A stretch of 63,686 bases of DNA, the filler included, from Licmophora abbreviata (lineage: Eukaryota): the NCBI GenBank assembly GCA_900291995.1. It is 5 parts of 5 records of this genome, joined end to end, with 100 filler letters (N's around TTAATTAATTAA, not from the genome) between each part and the next. Parts side by side here need not be neighbours in the genome. Positions count along the whole stretch, not along the records: positions 23,102 to 35,837 come from OLMU01000390.1; positions 35,938 to 44,711 come from OLMU01000392.1; 3 more parts are not named here. One strand, written 5' to 3'. A program made the translations under genes and the position numbers. Positions 33,641 through 44,811 of this stretch are shown in pieces. Below the pieces are notes generated by a model, which worked only from the letters and a program-made list of their open reading frames with translations, did no database searches and had not been told where the DNA came from. Position 1 is the stretch's first letter, and each line of letters begins with the position of its first letter.

Positions 33641-35619
33641 CTAGTAGACACGTGCAACAGGCGGGACCACGGAAAACTCCTCCTCGTCGAGAGTGTAGTA
33701 GTGAATCGGACGGTACTTGATCTCAGTCTTGCCAGTCTTCTCGTCAAAATAGGCCAGTGTGTGCTTCATCCACTCTTTGTCATCACGGTCGGGACAGTCC
33801 TCGCGTGCATGGGCACCACGACTTTCCTTTCGGTTGTTGGCACCATGCATGGTAGTGGAGGCACAGCCGAGCAAGTTGCGCAGTTCCAAAGTTTCAATCA
33901 GATCCGTGTTCCAGATGAGAGACTTATCCGTGACCTTGACGTTCTTGAATTTATCAACGACCTTGTCAATCTTTTCAGCACCAGCTTCGAGTGTATCGTC
34001 GGCACGGTACACAGCGGCATGCTCCTGCATGACGTGCTGCATCTCCGAGCGAATCTCTGATGTCGTGAACTCACCCTCCGCAAAGCGGAGCTTGTCAAGA
34101 TCCCCCAGACTCTCCATTCCAGCATCCGCCGGCAGTTCAGGGAGCTTATCGCCAGGTTTTGATGTCTCGGCAATGCGAAGGGCGCACGCGCGCCCAAAGA
34201 CAACAATGTCCAGCAACGAATTGGCTCCGAGGCGGTTCGCTCCATGCACGGAGGCACAGGCAAGTTCTCCAGCACCAAAGAGACCTGGGACGACTTCATC
34301 CTGGACAAATTCACCCTTCTCGTCAAACTTCGTTCGAATCACCTCGCCAAGATGGTTCGTGGGAATACCACCCATATTGTAGTGGACAGTCGGAAGCACG
34401 GGAATGGGCTCCTTCGTCACGTCAACGCCCGCAAAAATCGCAGCAGTCTCGCTGATTCCTGGGAGCCGTTCGGCAAGCAAGTCAGCAGGAAGGTGGTCCA
34501 AGTGGAGGTAGATGTGATCCTTCTTGGGTCCAACACCTCGTCCTTCACGGATTTCCATCGTCATGGCGCGACTGACAACATCACGAGACGCCAAGTCCTT
34601 CGCCGACGGAGCATAGCGCTCCATGAAACGCTCTCCCTCCGAGTTGCGAAGAACACCTCCCTCTCCACGACATCCTTCCGTCATGAGACATCCGGCACCG
34701 TAGATTCCAGTGGGATGGAACTGCACAAACTCATTGTCCTGACTGGCAATTCCCTGTCGCATGGCCATGGCATTTCCGTCTCCAGTACAGGTATGGGCTG
34801 AAGTGCAAGAAAAGTACGTACGTCCGTACCCTCCGGTGGCAAGAACAGTGTTCTTGGCATGAATGCGATGAATGGTTCCATCTTCCATGTTGATCGCCAT
34901 TACGCCTACACATTCTCCAGCGTCATTCATGATGAGGTCCATGGCGAAGTACTCAATGAAATAGGTGGTGTCGAAGGCAAGGCTGCGTCCGTAAAGAGTG
35001 TGAAGCATGGCATGTCCAGTTCGATCCGCAGCACAAGCGCAGCGGTGAGCCTGCCCTCCTTTTCCGTACTCCAAGCTCTGTCCACCAAAGGCACGCTGGT
35101 AGATCTTTCCATCCTCCGTTCGCGAAAAAGGAAGCCCGAATTCTTCTAGTTCGAGTACGGCCTGAGGAGCCTCACGACACATGTAGTGAATTGCATCCTG
35201 ATCCCCAAGCCAGTCGGATCCTTTGACAGTATCATACGCATGCTGGAAAGAGAGAAAGGCTGCGTAAGCACAGGTCCGGCGAGATTCGGCGAAAGATACT
35301 GTTGGCCGTGATAAACGCGAACGCGACTTACCCATCGCCAGTCATCCTTGGACATATTCCCAAGAGCAGCATTGACACCACCCTGTGCAGCCACTGTATG
35401 AGACCGAGTGGGAAACAGCTTGGTGACGCAGGCGGTCTTGAATCCAGCCTCAGACAGTCCCATGGCAGCCCTAAGACCGGCGCCTCCGGCACCGACGACG
35501 ATGGCATCGTACGTATGGTCCACGACAGTGTAATCCCCTGTCAAATTCGTTGACAGGCATCTCCGCGTCACATCGCGGATCACACGGTGGCCCGTGGACC
35601 CGAGTCTAGTCCCAAGCAT
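33641..35619 (-). CDS. SDH1: Mitochondrial succinate dehydrogenase flavoprotein subunit; intron ~35331-35244
   Basis: [49 protein letters not shown]; Arg-rich presequence. Confidence 0.97.
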
Positions 35620-35837
35620 GGTGAAAGAAGTGTGTTATTATGATGTCTTTGATGCTTTGCGAGTCTGCGTCGGTTGCACGCACCCGGCAGTGATTGGCGA
35701 AGAAGAACCTTCGGATCTTTTGTGAAATACGCAAGCTGTTTTCCACGATGACTTGGTCGTGGTATTCGTACTCGTACGGCTGTACTATACGATACGTACG
35801 AGCGAAGAAGAACCCACCGCTTTTCTCGCTCGTATCG

Positions 35838-35937
35838 NNNNNNNNNNNNNNNNNNNNNNNNNNNNNNNNNNNNNNNNNNNNTTAATTAATTAANNNNNNN
35901 NNNNNNNNNNNNNNNNNNNNNNNNNNNNNNNNNNNNN
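35838..35937. other. Artificial contig spacer
   Basis: N44-TTAATTAATTAA-N44. Confidence 0.97.
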
Positions 35938-35987
35938 CGCAATGGAATATATCAGAACCTTCACATGTCCAAATCTGTCGAGCCATC

Positions 35988-38171
35988 TTGTTATCATCCT
36001 CACCTCCCGTCGCCTACGGTGTGCCCACGCTGGTAACAGAACACGGGCCTGTATGCTTCGAAGAGAACGCAGCTGCTGCCTCCTTGTCCCAAATCTTTCT
36101 ATCTGGCTACTTTGCTGCCTCGGCTCGCTTTTCTGGGGTCTTAATTGACTATCGACACGACTGCGGGCAGCATCGCACTAGCAACCACACACTCATACAG
36201 CAACTGCTTCCCTCGACATTAACTATTCCCGCCAATCTGCAGCTACTCAAACAAGAAGATCTGAGAATCAACTGCCAAGCTATTGTGAGTGACATGGAGG
36301 ATGGAGGAATATCCAATGCACTGGATGTTCTGTTGAAAGAGATGGCTCCAGAGAGTAGCATGACATCTCAGGGTTCCGGTGAGGGTCAAAGCGCCACTTC
36401 TTTATTGGAGAGACTACAAACTATGATTCATGCAAACATAAAGAGTGCGGTACAAAGGACAGATCAAACTGAGGGTGTTTTTCGATTTCAGTATGGTGTT
36501 CTCAATCGACAACACAAGAAGAGCGATATGGTGGCCCTGGACACTGCCACTGTTCGTATCTCTTGTCATGATTCTGAGTGCCGCGATGCAGCAGTTGTGC
36601 CTTACATGAAGTATTTGTTGCATCTCCCACTCTCCATTCGTACCGCCGACGTCGTGGTACAAGCCGGCTGCTTGGAAAAGGTGCCAAGGTGCAAACGGTA
36701 TGCGGAAGACCTCGCGTCGACGATCCGTCAATTTCTTCCAGGGATTTCTGTCGAACTCATTCCCTCCATCCCAGCAAGCATGGATTCCTTCGTTAGACTA
36801 GTGACAGCAGAACATGTTGTATGTGGTCCAGGGATGAATGAAGATTGTGTGTTTGCTTCATTCGGACAGGGCCAAAAGACCAGGAGTATAGTCACTCTGC
36901 TCAACTCCAGCTCATCAACAACGACAAGCAAGGAAGCAGCGCAGAGTCGCCTGCAAGACCTTCGAGTCAAACAAGGCTCTAAACCGAAACTGTTATCAAC
37001 GTTCCGTGACGAAAAGCAGGTTTCTGAGTATGCCCAATTGTCGCCTGATAGCTCCACCGGTGACTGTCGTCTTCTTCGCGGCCGAGTTGGGCAGTGGGTG
37101 AAAGACATGGAGTACGCAAAGCAAGCACAGTATCGGACACCTCTACGCCACTACTCTGGCAATGCGGAGAAGCTGTTTCGAAAACAGGTCGATCGTGGGG
37201 GGACTGGAGGTCTTCAGTACCGTCCGTCGACAACATATCGATGGGCAGAGACGCGATACAACACGTGTGATGCGACGTTAATATCGTTCGAAGGCACGTG
37301 TGGCCTTCTTGCTTCGATGCATGCCAGACGAATATTGATTCTTGGTGATTCACTGAGTCTCCAGCTGGCGCAGAGCCTTTGGATGTGGCTCTCAAGTGAA
37401 GGCGAGAGTCCGCTGCCGAAGGGAACGCTCGAACCGAACTTCCGTCACACGTTCACTTGCCCCAGTGCGCAAGGAATAAATGGCACCTCGTTCGAGTTTG
37501 TGCTTCAGTTTATACGAAACGACAAGCTGATCGAGAACGATCAACCTGTGTCGATTGACAAGGGAGTTGGAAACTGTGGGGCGAACGCTTTCTGCTACCC
37601 TTGGACTGCTGAGTATACTTCCGATCCACGTCGCACCGTTCTGCTAGCTAACACTGGTGCACACATTCACTCGTTTGACGAGTTTCGGCAAAGCGTCGAC
37701 GACTTTTTAAGTACCATCGATCAGCTGAACCGCCCTGAGGATGTCATTCTCTTTCGAACAGTTGTACCTGGTCACTGGAAATGTGACAGACCGGGACTCA
37801 TGCCTTTTCGTTCCTTTGCCGAGTATGTCAACGATGAGAAATTCAGTCGAGTAAAGGAGCAAGAGGAAGTGTACAGCTGGAGCCAATTCTCTCTGTACAA
37901 TGCTTACGCCGCTCGCCAGATTCATAAGCGTCACCGCCAAACTTCCACTTTTCCTTCTCGTCGTTCCCGAATGGAGGTCTTAGATGTCTTCCCCACGACA
38001 GTCCTACGACCGGATGGTCATTGCTCCGACGAGTTCAGACCCGACAACTACCTGTCGACGGATTGCTTACACTACACGCTCCCAGGGCCCATCGATTGGT
38101 GGAGTCATCTTGCCTTCAGCCATCTGTTGGATATCGCCAAGACAGAGATTTCGACTCCGCATAATTCATAA
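35988..38171 (+). CDS. Trichome-birefringence-like (PC-esterase/SGNH) O-acyltransferase with a large N-terminal domain; probably 5'-truncated
   Basis: ILILGDSL, NTGAH, FRT..PGH..C, RPDGH, DCLHYTLPGPIDWW. Confidence 0.8.
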   Translation: MLSSSPPVAYGVPTLVTEHGPVCFEENAAAASLSQIFLSGYFAASARFSGVLIDYRHDCGQHRTSNHTLIQQLLPSTLTIPANLQLLKQEDLRINCQAIVSDMEDGGISNALDVLLKEMAPESSMTSQGSGEGQSATSLLERLQTMIHANIKSAVQRTDQTEGVFRFQYGVLNRQHKKSDMVALDTATVRISCHDSECRDAAVVPYMKYLLHLPLSIRTADVVVQAGCLEKVPRCKRYAEDLASTIRQFLPGISVELIPSIPASMDSFVRLVTAEHVVCGPGMNEDCVFASFGQGQKTRSIVTLLNSSSSTTTSKEAAQSRLQDLRVKQGSKPKLLSTFRDEKQVSEYAQLSPDSSTGDCRLLRGRVGQWVKDMEYAKQAQYRTPLRHYSGNAEKLFRKQVDRGGTGGLQYRPSTTYRWAETRYNTCDATLISFEGTCGLLASMHARRILILGDSLSLQLAQSLWMWLSSEGESPLPKGTLEPNFRHTFTCPSAQGINGTSFEFVLQFIRNDKLIENDQPVSIDKGVGNCGANAFCYPWTAEYTSDPRRTVLLANTGAHIHSFDEFRQSVDDFLSTIDQLNRPEDVILFRTVVPGHWKCDRPGLMPFRSFAEYVNDEKFSRVKEQEEVYSWSQFSLYNAYAARQIHKRHRQTSTFPSRRSRMEVLDVFPTTVLRPDGHCSDEFRPDNYLSTDCLHYTLPGPIDWWSHLAFSHLLDIAKTEISTPHNS

Positions 38172-38186
38172 TAGAGCTGTATCATA

Positions 38187-39446
38187 TTACGAACGCTCCT
38201 CAATGAGCATCTTTAGAAGCGGATACGGAAACGGCCGCGACACGCCCCTACCAGTCCGATTCGCTCGCAGCTGAACATGGTTTTGGATGTCCGTTTCCAA
38301 CTGAGCTCGAAACGAGTCGGCCTCACTTCTATTCAGTGGAATACCTTCTCCACAGTACACAACAAGAAAGACCAACAAATCTGTATTTGGCGAGTCCCTG
38401 TCGGTGTCAACGCCCAACTCATCAGAGGTCACGAGATGCCGCATCGGTACCTCCACACGAATGCCCTCCGGTACGAGCTGCTGCACAAAGTCAAACAATT
38501 CATCTCCTTTTATCAGGCCTTGTCGTGTAAATATCCCCAACGATTCAGTCTCATCGTTCCGCATGACTAGATGTAACTCGTGCCGACAACACATTTGCAG
38601 AGATGTTTCGATTGATTCCCTATCATCAGCGAACCCAAACTTGTACAGCTTGGGATCATTTCCTATGTGAAAAGGACGGTCCACACCGCGATGCGAGCTC
38701 AAGGTGTACGCAGGCTTGTACGGGAGAACCTGTCGTAGCATCAATTCATGCTTGGCCGCGTACATGGTCGCCATCCAGCTCATTTTCCAATCTAAAATAG
38801 TGCTAGAACTCGCACCACCCTGTCCTTCGCACAGTGCTACATAAATTTGCCCATGAGGACGATTCAGTATTGAGCTCGCACTTTTGAGAAATGCATCCAG
38901 TAGCTCCCGGTTTCGTCGAACGTTGGTTTTGCCTCTCCAATGAGGAAAGTTGAACTGAATCACATCGAACGTCGTCGTGGTGACGGTATTGGAAAAGTGG
39001 GTTCTTAGCTGCGTTGCATCGACCCCAAAACGTACTTGGTGATGTCGGTAGGATTCGATTTGCTCAACGTGCATTTCCGAGTTGCTGTACACGGCATGAT
39101 GGGTTTCTCGGTCTTCTAGAACAGTAACTACTAGCGACACGTCCCTTTCAAACAACTGCGGAGCCAACCAAGCACCGAAGGACAAATCCCCATCCCCACA
39201 GACCAGTACAGACTTAGCAGAAGTACTAGGCATGGTGTCACATTCTACTAATGTAGAAAAGAGACTTCTGGTTGGAGTGAAGGAGGAGGAGGCGAGCAGT
39301 CGATGGCGACTTCCGATGGCCGTTGCCCCGTGATGGGAATCAGTGCTAAGAAAGGCTCTGCATGATGTGTCACGCCCGATAAACGTCACCAAAAGGACAG
39401 GAAGGACGCTTCTGAAACGATGGTGATGACCACTGATCCGCAGCAT
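38187..39446 (-). CDS. DUF2431 (Bmt5/FDXACB1-like) rRNA methyltransferase-domain protein
   Basis: VLVCGDGDLSF, FGVDAT, FDVIQFNFPH, NRELL..FL.SA, LCEGQGG. Confidence 0.8.
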   Translation of the reverse strand: MLRISGHHHRFRSVLPVLLVTFIGRDTSCRAFLSTDSHHGATAIGSRHRLLASSSFTPTRSLFSTLVECDTMPSTSAKSVLVCGDGDLSFGAWLAPQLFERDVSLVVTVLEDRETHHAVYSNSEMHVEQIESYRHHQVRFGVDATQLRTHFSNTVTTTTFDVIQFNFPHWRGKTNVRRNRELLDAFLKSASSILNRPHGQIYVALCEGQGGASSSTILDWKMSWMATMYAAKHELMLRQVLPYKPAYTLSSHRGVDRPFHIGNDPKLYKFGFADDRESIETSLQMCCRHELHLVMRNDETESLGIFTRQGLIKGDELFDFVQQLVPEGIRVEVPMRHLVTSDELGVDTDRDSPNTDLLVFLVVYCGEGIPLNRSEADSFRAQLETDIQNHVQLRANRTGRGVSRPFPYPLLKMLIEERS

Positions 39447-39756
39447 CGGTCAGACTGCGCCAGTATCGAGATCGGATCGATGTGATGACCCCTGTGCTCC
39501 ATTCGTCGAGTCGAGTTGTCGCAGCTTGTGTGCTAAGGGCAATCTTTCTTTCTCAAAATTCAAAATTCAAAGTCTTTCTCGCACGGGCAAAGAGTTTCAT
39601 GGCCATCCATTTTGAAACGGTCGACGGCCAGAGTCACTGACGTACGACTACAGTGAACTGTAACTTCCGATTTTTCTTTTTTGACAAACTTCTTCTTCAC
39701 AATGACACAAGACGACGGCAGCTTCTACCTCGTCATCAATGTCGACATGATCTAAC

Positions 39757-40971
39757 ATGATGATGACTGGACCTACTCTTCTTGTGGCAGTATCGTGGCT
39801 GATACGGCCGTCCACTGGCTTCCTCGCCAATAGCCGAACAAAACGATGCTGTCGGCGGCTCTTTGCTTCGTCGTCGGATGCTACCATTGCCGCTGCGGTG
39901 CAGAGCGGGGTATCGAGAATAGGAACCTTACAGACATTACTTTCAAAACATGGAGCACCGGGAAGTATCGGATGTCGGGAACCGAATGATCTGCTTCCCG
40001 TCATGTCACTTCAGACCGACGCGTCGGCGCCTGAGCTACTCGACTCGTTGTCTGGGAACAAGCAAGAGTTATTGGACCTTCACCCGCACTTGTTTCCCAT
40101 CATGAAAAGTAGCAAGAGTGGAAACTTTATTTGTGCATTACGACGTGCCTATGCCGATGATGCCGACTATCAGAGCTCAACCGATGCACCCTGGCCGTTG
40201 GTGGAAGCATACACCAACGCTCCCGGGATGCGTCTTCTGTCGCTCAACAGCGAACATCTGATGCGACGCATTGCTTGTGAGAGTGATTTCTGTCAACGAG
40301 ACGATGATGCAGTTTCTATTTATAATGCAGACCTTGGACAAGGCCTGGTTAAAGACACATCACTCGATGCTCCATACCAAGAAGGCAGTGTGGAGCAATT
40401 GGGGTACGGACTCGACAAGTACATCTTGCTGAGAGTGGGCCCGTTTCCCGACCTGTATGAAACCATGGCTTTGAACCATGCTGAGCGCAATGACGAGCCA
40501 TCATCTTTGATTGCCGCCGAATCCGCGAATGGAAAGTTTGGCGGGTTTGGGTCAACATTTCGCTTCTATGCAAGGCTCCTTGCATCCTTTCCGCAACGAG
40601 GGGAGGAGGCACGAGATGCCGCACGTATGTGCTTGCGCATGCCACTGCCTTCAGTGGGCATGAGCATGGACGACTTGAAAGAGGCGGCAGTCCTGGGGGA
40701 ACTCGTGGACGAAGCCGCATCCGTGGAGACCTCTGTTGAAAAGCTTTTGGACATGTACGAAAAAATACGACTCAGCGAACAAGAAGACCCAGCATCTAAC
40801 CAAGGCAAGACTCCTGAGCAGTCAGCGATCGATGATGCAAACTATCTTTTGGATAGAACGGCACTGACAGATCAGAATTGGAAACCAATTCGGCCGAAAC
40901 TGGCCGACATTTACAGCTCCGCTGGAAGGGATGACATGGCTGCCTTCGTGGATCCGAGTCGAAGTGGCTAG
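39757..40971 (+). CDS. Plastid-targeted homolog of plant PAB (protein in chloroplast ATPase biogenesis)
   Basis: Presequence STG-F; motifs LHPHLFPI, LD.YIL.RVG.FPD, F.GF, EARDAAR match my recollection of plant PAB. Confidence 0.65.
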   Translation: MMMTGPTLLVAVSWLIRPSTGFLANSRTKRCCRRLFASSSDATIAAAVQSGVSRIGTLQTLLSKHGAPGSIGCREPNDLLPVMSLQTDASAPELLDSLSGNKQELLDLHPHLFPIMKSSKSGNFICALRRAYADDADYQSSTDAPWPLVEAYTNAPGMRLLSLNSEHLMRRIACESDFCQRDDDAVSIYNADLGQGLVKDTSLDAPYQEGSVEQLGYGLDKYILLRVGPFPDLYETMALNHAERNDEPSSLIAAESANGKFGGFGSTFRFYARLLASFPQRGEEARDAARMCLRMPLPSVGMSMDDLKEAAVLGELVDEAASVETSVEKLLDMYEKIRLSEQEDPASNQGKTPEQSAIDDANYLLDRTALTDQNWKPIRPKLADIYSSAGRDDMAAFVDPSRSG

Positions 40972-41262
40972 CTTCTTAAATAAAAAGGATGGGATTGAAC
41001 CAGGTAACAGTTCAATCTATTACTCCGTAGTATCTTACCATTACCATGCATTTAGCACCCATCGTATGAGTATTGGACTTTGCGCGCGCGGCGGCGGCAT
41101 CAGTGATGCGCATCGAGATGACGACGACCGGCGATGACACACATACAAACGCGACGATCGACGAGAGAGGGAGATGCGAGATGATGACGACTGACAACTG
41201 AAACTGGCACCGGAGACGGTGGATGCACTACATTCTGTTTGCTAGATTTTTTAAAAAAAGAG

Positions 41263-42360
41263 ATGCAGAGCGAACGTGATCTGTTCGAAAAGCTTGCTGC
41301 ACTCTGCCGCCTTGAAACTGACGTTGACGAAACCACGCCATCGTCAGCGATGCCGAAGGCCTTGGAAGAGACAAACGTGAAGAACGGCAGCTCCCCATGT
41401 TACCAACCTCGATATCCTCCGACAGAGTGCGAGGGTTATCCTCCTGTCCTTTCGCCAGAGTTCATCAAATCTCTTCAACAAGTCGATTTCTACATTCCAA
41501 AATCGCCATCCGACTCGAGCAGCGTCGAACCTGACGAGGAGCTGGCGTGCAGTCTCATTCGGCATATCGACGAGATCGACAGCCAATATTCTATACATCA
41601 TGTGACAACGCCAGATATTTCGTTCTCTGTCGACTCATCCAGACCAGTCATTATTCTATGCCACGGATACATGAGCTGGAGGAATCAAATGATGCTGGTT
41701 TTCCTTGCTGCAAACCTCTCGCGTACTTTGGGATGCCACACGCTCCGGTTCGATTTCTCGGGCAATGGTCACTCGAGTGGAAGGTTTTCTTATAGCAACT
41801 ATGATGGTGAGGCGCGAGACTTGGGAAAAGTTACTGCCTTTGTACGAGAGAGCATGAGATGCAGGGTCGCCTGTCTAATTGGACATTCCAAGGGAGCGCA
41901 GTCCGTGCTACGATATGCATGGGAACATGACGATTGCAAAGACGACACATACATTCCAGGATTCGTAAACCTGAGTGGAAGATTCTCTGTACCGAACACT
42001 TTTGACGTGCGCAGTAGACTGACTCGAGTGCAGTTTGAGACCTTGGAGCGCGGGGGGGGAGTGAAACTGGGCCAACGAGGCCATCGGACCATGGAATTAT
42101 CGAAGGAAGACGTTGCAGAGCGTATCAGTTTGGACTCTTCATTGACAAGAGATATAACAGGAGCCGTCTTGACTATACACGGCGATGCTGACAGGCAAGT
42201 GGATGTATCGAACGCACTTCAATTCCATGAGGTTATTCCACACCACGAACTTCATATCGTGGAGAAAGCTGACCACAATTTCAACGGACTGAAATACATT
42301 GACCATATGGCCAATGCGATTTCCAGATTTCTTTTGAAACACTCTCTTTCTACGGGATAG
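41263..42360 (+). CDS. Alpha/beta-hydrolase, copy 1 (start uncertain)
   Basis: LCHG, RFDFSGNGHS, GHSKG nucleophile, IHGDAD, ADHNF. Confidence 0.85.
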   Translation: MQSERDLFEKLAALCRLETDVDETTPSSAMPKALEETNVKNGSSPCYQPRYPPTECEGYPPVLSPEFIKSLQQVDFYIPKSPSDSSSVEPDEELACSLIRHIDEIDSQYSIHHVTTPDISFSVDSSRPVIILCHGYMSWRNQMMLVFLAANLSRTLGCHTLRFDFSGNGHSSGRFSYSNYDGEARDLGKVTAFVRESMRCRVACLIGHSKGAQSVLRYAWEHDDCKDDTYIPGFVNLSGRFSVPNTFDVRSRLTRVQFETLERGGGVKLGQRGHRTMELSKEDVAERISLDSSLTRDITGAVLTIHGDADRQVDVSNALQFHEVIPHHELHIVEKADHNFNGLKYIDHMANAISRFLLKHSLSTG

Positions 42361-42790
42361 AGTGATGAATGGGACTCTTTCGCCTCTGCTCGGAAGACCC
42401 ATGCCAACTATGATCATATATCGACGTCGAAGCGAAGCCGCCGAACCGTCGACGACAATCGTACTGCTGAAAATAGAGTTGTGGGTATGACCAGTCCCAC
42501 GGTGGCCAGAACCTAGCTATACTGTACATGCACTCGTAGAGAGCACCAGGGGGGCTAGAAGGCACCAAGGTAGTCGTCGGCGTTGTCAAGGGTCACCGAA
42601 TACGAAAAAGGTCGTGTCGAGCTCTTCTCGCAGCAAACGGTTTGCGGACTTCGCGTCCAATGAATGACGATCAAGCCAGCACTGCAACGACATTCTCCAA
42701 TAAATAAATAGCTCGCAGATCATTGCTCGAAACTTTTCGAGGCGCGCTCTTCAACCATGACGGACGCTTGTGGTCACGCGACGCAGAAGA

Positions 42791-43834
42791 ATGCCAAAGA
42801 CACCGGCTCTTAGCATATCCGAATCCGAGTCGAAGACGACTATGAAACCCAAGAGCGATCCATTGCAGCCTGAATGCGCCGACGCTCCCGACTTCAAAGT
42901 GCGTCGTCCACCGTTAGCGTATCGCCCCTTTCCTCGCTTTGTTGCTCCAGACTTCCTCACGGAAGAAGAGCAAGTCAACTTCTACCTTCCTATATCGGGA
43001 AAAGGACCGACGCATGGTCGACAAGAGCTGGCGTGCAGTCTCATTCGTCATATCGGCGGGAGCAACAATCGACTTGTCCGGGGCAAGGATTTCAAATTTG
43101 AGATCGACTCATCCAAGCCCGTCTTCATCCTCTGCCACGGACTTTCAAGCTGGAGGAACCAGAGCCTATTGGTATTTCTAGCGGCCCACATCTCGCGCAA
43201 TCTTAAATGCCATACGATTCGATTCGACTTTACGGGCAATGCCCATTCGACTGGTAAGTTTCGATACACCAGCTACGGAGGCGAGGTTCAGGATATCGAC
43301 GATGTCGTTCAATTCGTCCGCGAAAGTATGGGATGCAAAGTAATCAGTCTTTTGGGGCATTCTAAGGGATCACACGCGGTTATGCGATACGCCTGGGAGC
43401 ACGAGAGTGATGGCGAGCGCGTTCCCACCTTTGTCAACCTTGCCGGGCGGTTTGGAGTCCCAAATGAGTTCAAAATGAAGGACCACTTTACGCAATTGCA
43501 ACTCGACACCTTTGAATACAAGGGAAAAGTGAAAGTTGGCAGATTGGGCCATCGAGATCTTGTATTCTCAGAGGAAGACCATAAGGAGCGAATGGCATTG
43601 GACTCTTCTGCGTCAAAGGACATATCTGGAGCTGTTCTGACAATTCACGGTGGGGAAGACAAGGAATTGGATATATCACACGCGCACAAGTTTGACAAGG
43701 TTGTTCCTAATCACGACCTGCTCATTATTGAAAAAGCGGATCACAATTTTAATGGACTGAAGTACATGGACGATATGGTAGACAAGATTGCTGTTTTCAT
43801 CCGAAAACATGCTGCTTCCTTCCTGGCCATCTAA
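42791..43834 (+). CDS. Alpha/beta-hydrolase, copy 2 (tandem paralog)
   Basis: LCHG, RFDFTGN, GHSKG, IHGGED, ADHNF; colinear with copy 1. Confidence 0.87.
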   Translation: MPKTPALSISESESKTTMKPKSDPLQPECADAPDFKVRRPPLAYRPFPRFVAPDFLTEEEQVNFYLPISGKGPTHGRQELACSLIRHIGGSNNRLVRGKDFKFEIDSSKPVFILCHGLSSWRNQSLLVFLAAHISRNLKCHTIRFDFTGNAHSTGKFRYTSYGGEVQDIDDVVQFVRESMGCKVISLLGHSKGSHAVMRYAWEHESDGERVPTFVNLAGRFGVPNEFKMKDHFTQLQLDTFEYKGKVKVGRLGHRDLVFSEEDHKERMALDSSASKDISGAVLTIHGGEDKELDISHAHKFDKVVPNHDLLIIEKADHNFNGLKYMDDMVDKIAVFIRKHAASFLAI

Positions 43835-43918
43835 TACTCAGATTAGGACAAACAGAACAGTAGTCAAGTAAAAACTGAAACACTTTGCTATTGTCACTTC
43901 CTCCTTTATAATCACTGT

Positions 43919-44711
43919 CTACTTTGTAACTATGAGCTGTCTTGGACCGGACAAGTCCTCTTGACTCCGGTGGATGGCGTATTCAGCATACACCGGGAAG
44001 TCTTGCGCACGGTAGACTTGGATCCAGTAGTTCAGTCGAGCATGTCCCCTCTCGTCCAACTCCATGGCTGAAAGCGCCTCTTGCACATCCTCATCCGTAG
44101 GTTCCACTTTCTTGAGTCCTGGGAGAGAGCCTGCATTTCAGAAAACAAGTCGAACAAATCAACAGTGAGTTCACACGCTCTTTATTACAGCGAAGAACCA
44201 TCCGCGCTTGCCACGATACGTACCTCCAACGACATAGACCGGAGCTCCTGCTTGCGTGGCATGATTCATAACACTCATGGCCGCGGAATAGGCGTTGCGC
44301 TGGGTCGCTGTCAGAAATTGGAGAGCTTCCGCCTTAGCACGCAACGAAGGACCGGCTTCATCGACGACCTTGGCGGCCGCCTCCAAACCAGGCGTCACCG
44401 CGATGACAGCACCCACAATGGGGCCACCCTTTTTGGGAGGAATGCCTTTCTCGGCCTTGAAGATGGAAAACTCGCACTGAATATCGTCCACTGCAAACTG
44501 TGTTTTCGGGAGTGACTCGGGAGATCTCATCAAAGAGTGCACCAGCTGTGGAGCGTCAAAAGAGTTTCCGGCTTCGTCTCCAGTAATGACAGCGGTAGTT
44601 TGCTCGTGAAACTTGCTCTTGAAGACAGCATACTGCTCCTTTGAAAATTTAGTATCCAGCTTCGCAGGGTCAAAAGGTGGCGAGCCTGCCGGGAAATTCT
44701 GCTGAAGGTAC
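43919..44711 (-). CDS. Hypothetical protein, 3' part (truncated by spacer; probable intron ~44176-44132)
   Basis: Open frame from the spacer through 44171..44542, continuing in 43919..44107; no family recognised. Confidence 0.5.
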
Positions 44712-44811
44712 NNNNNNNNNNNNNNNNNNNNNNNNNNNNNNNNNNNNNNNNNNNNTTAATTAATTAANNNNNNNNNNNNNNNNNNNNNNNNNNNNNNNNN
44801 NNNNNNNNNNN
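44712..44811. other. Artificial contig spacer
   Basis: N44-TTAATTAATTAA-N44. Confidence 0.97.

Noticed and set aside
33503..35553. Several long plus-strand ORFs over SDH1
   Set aside because: Antisense shadows expected from codon bias of a highly expressed gene.
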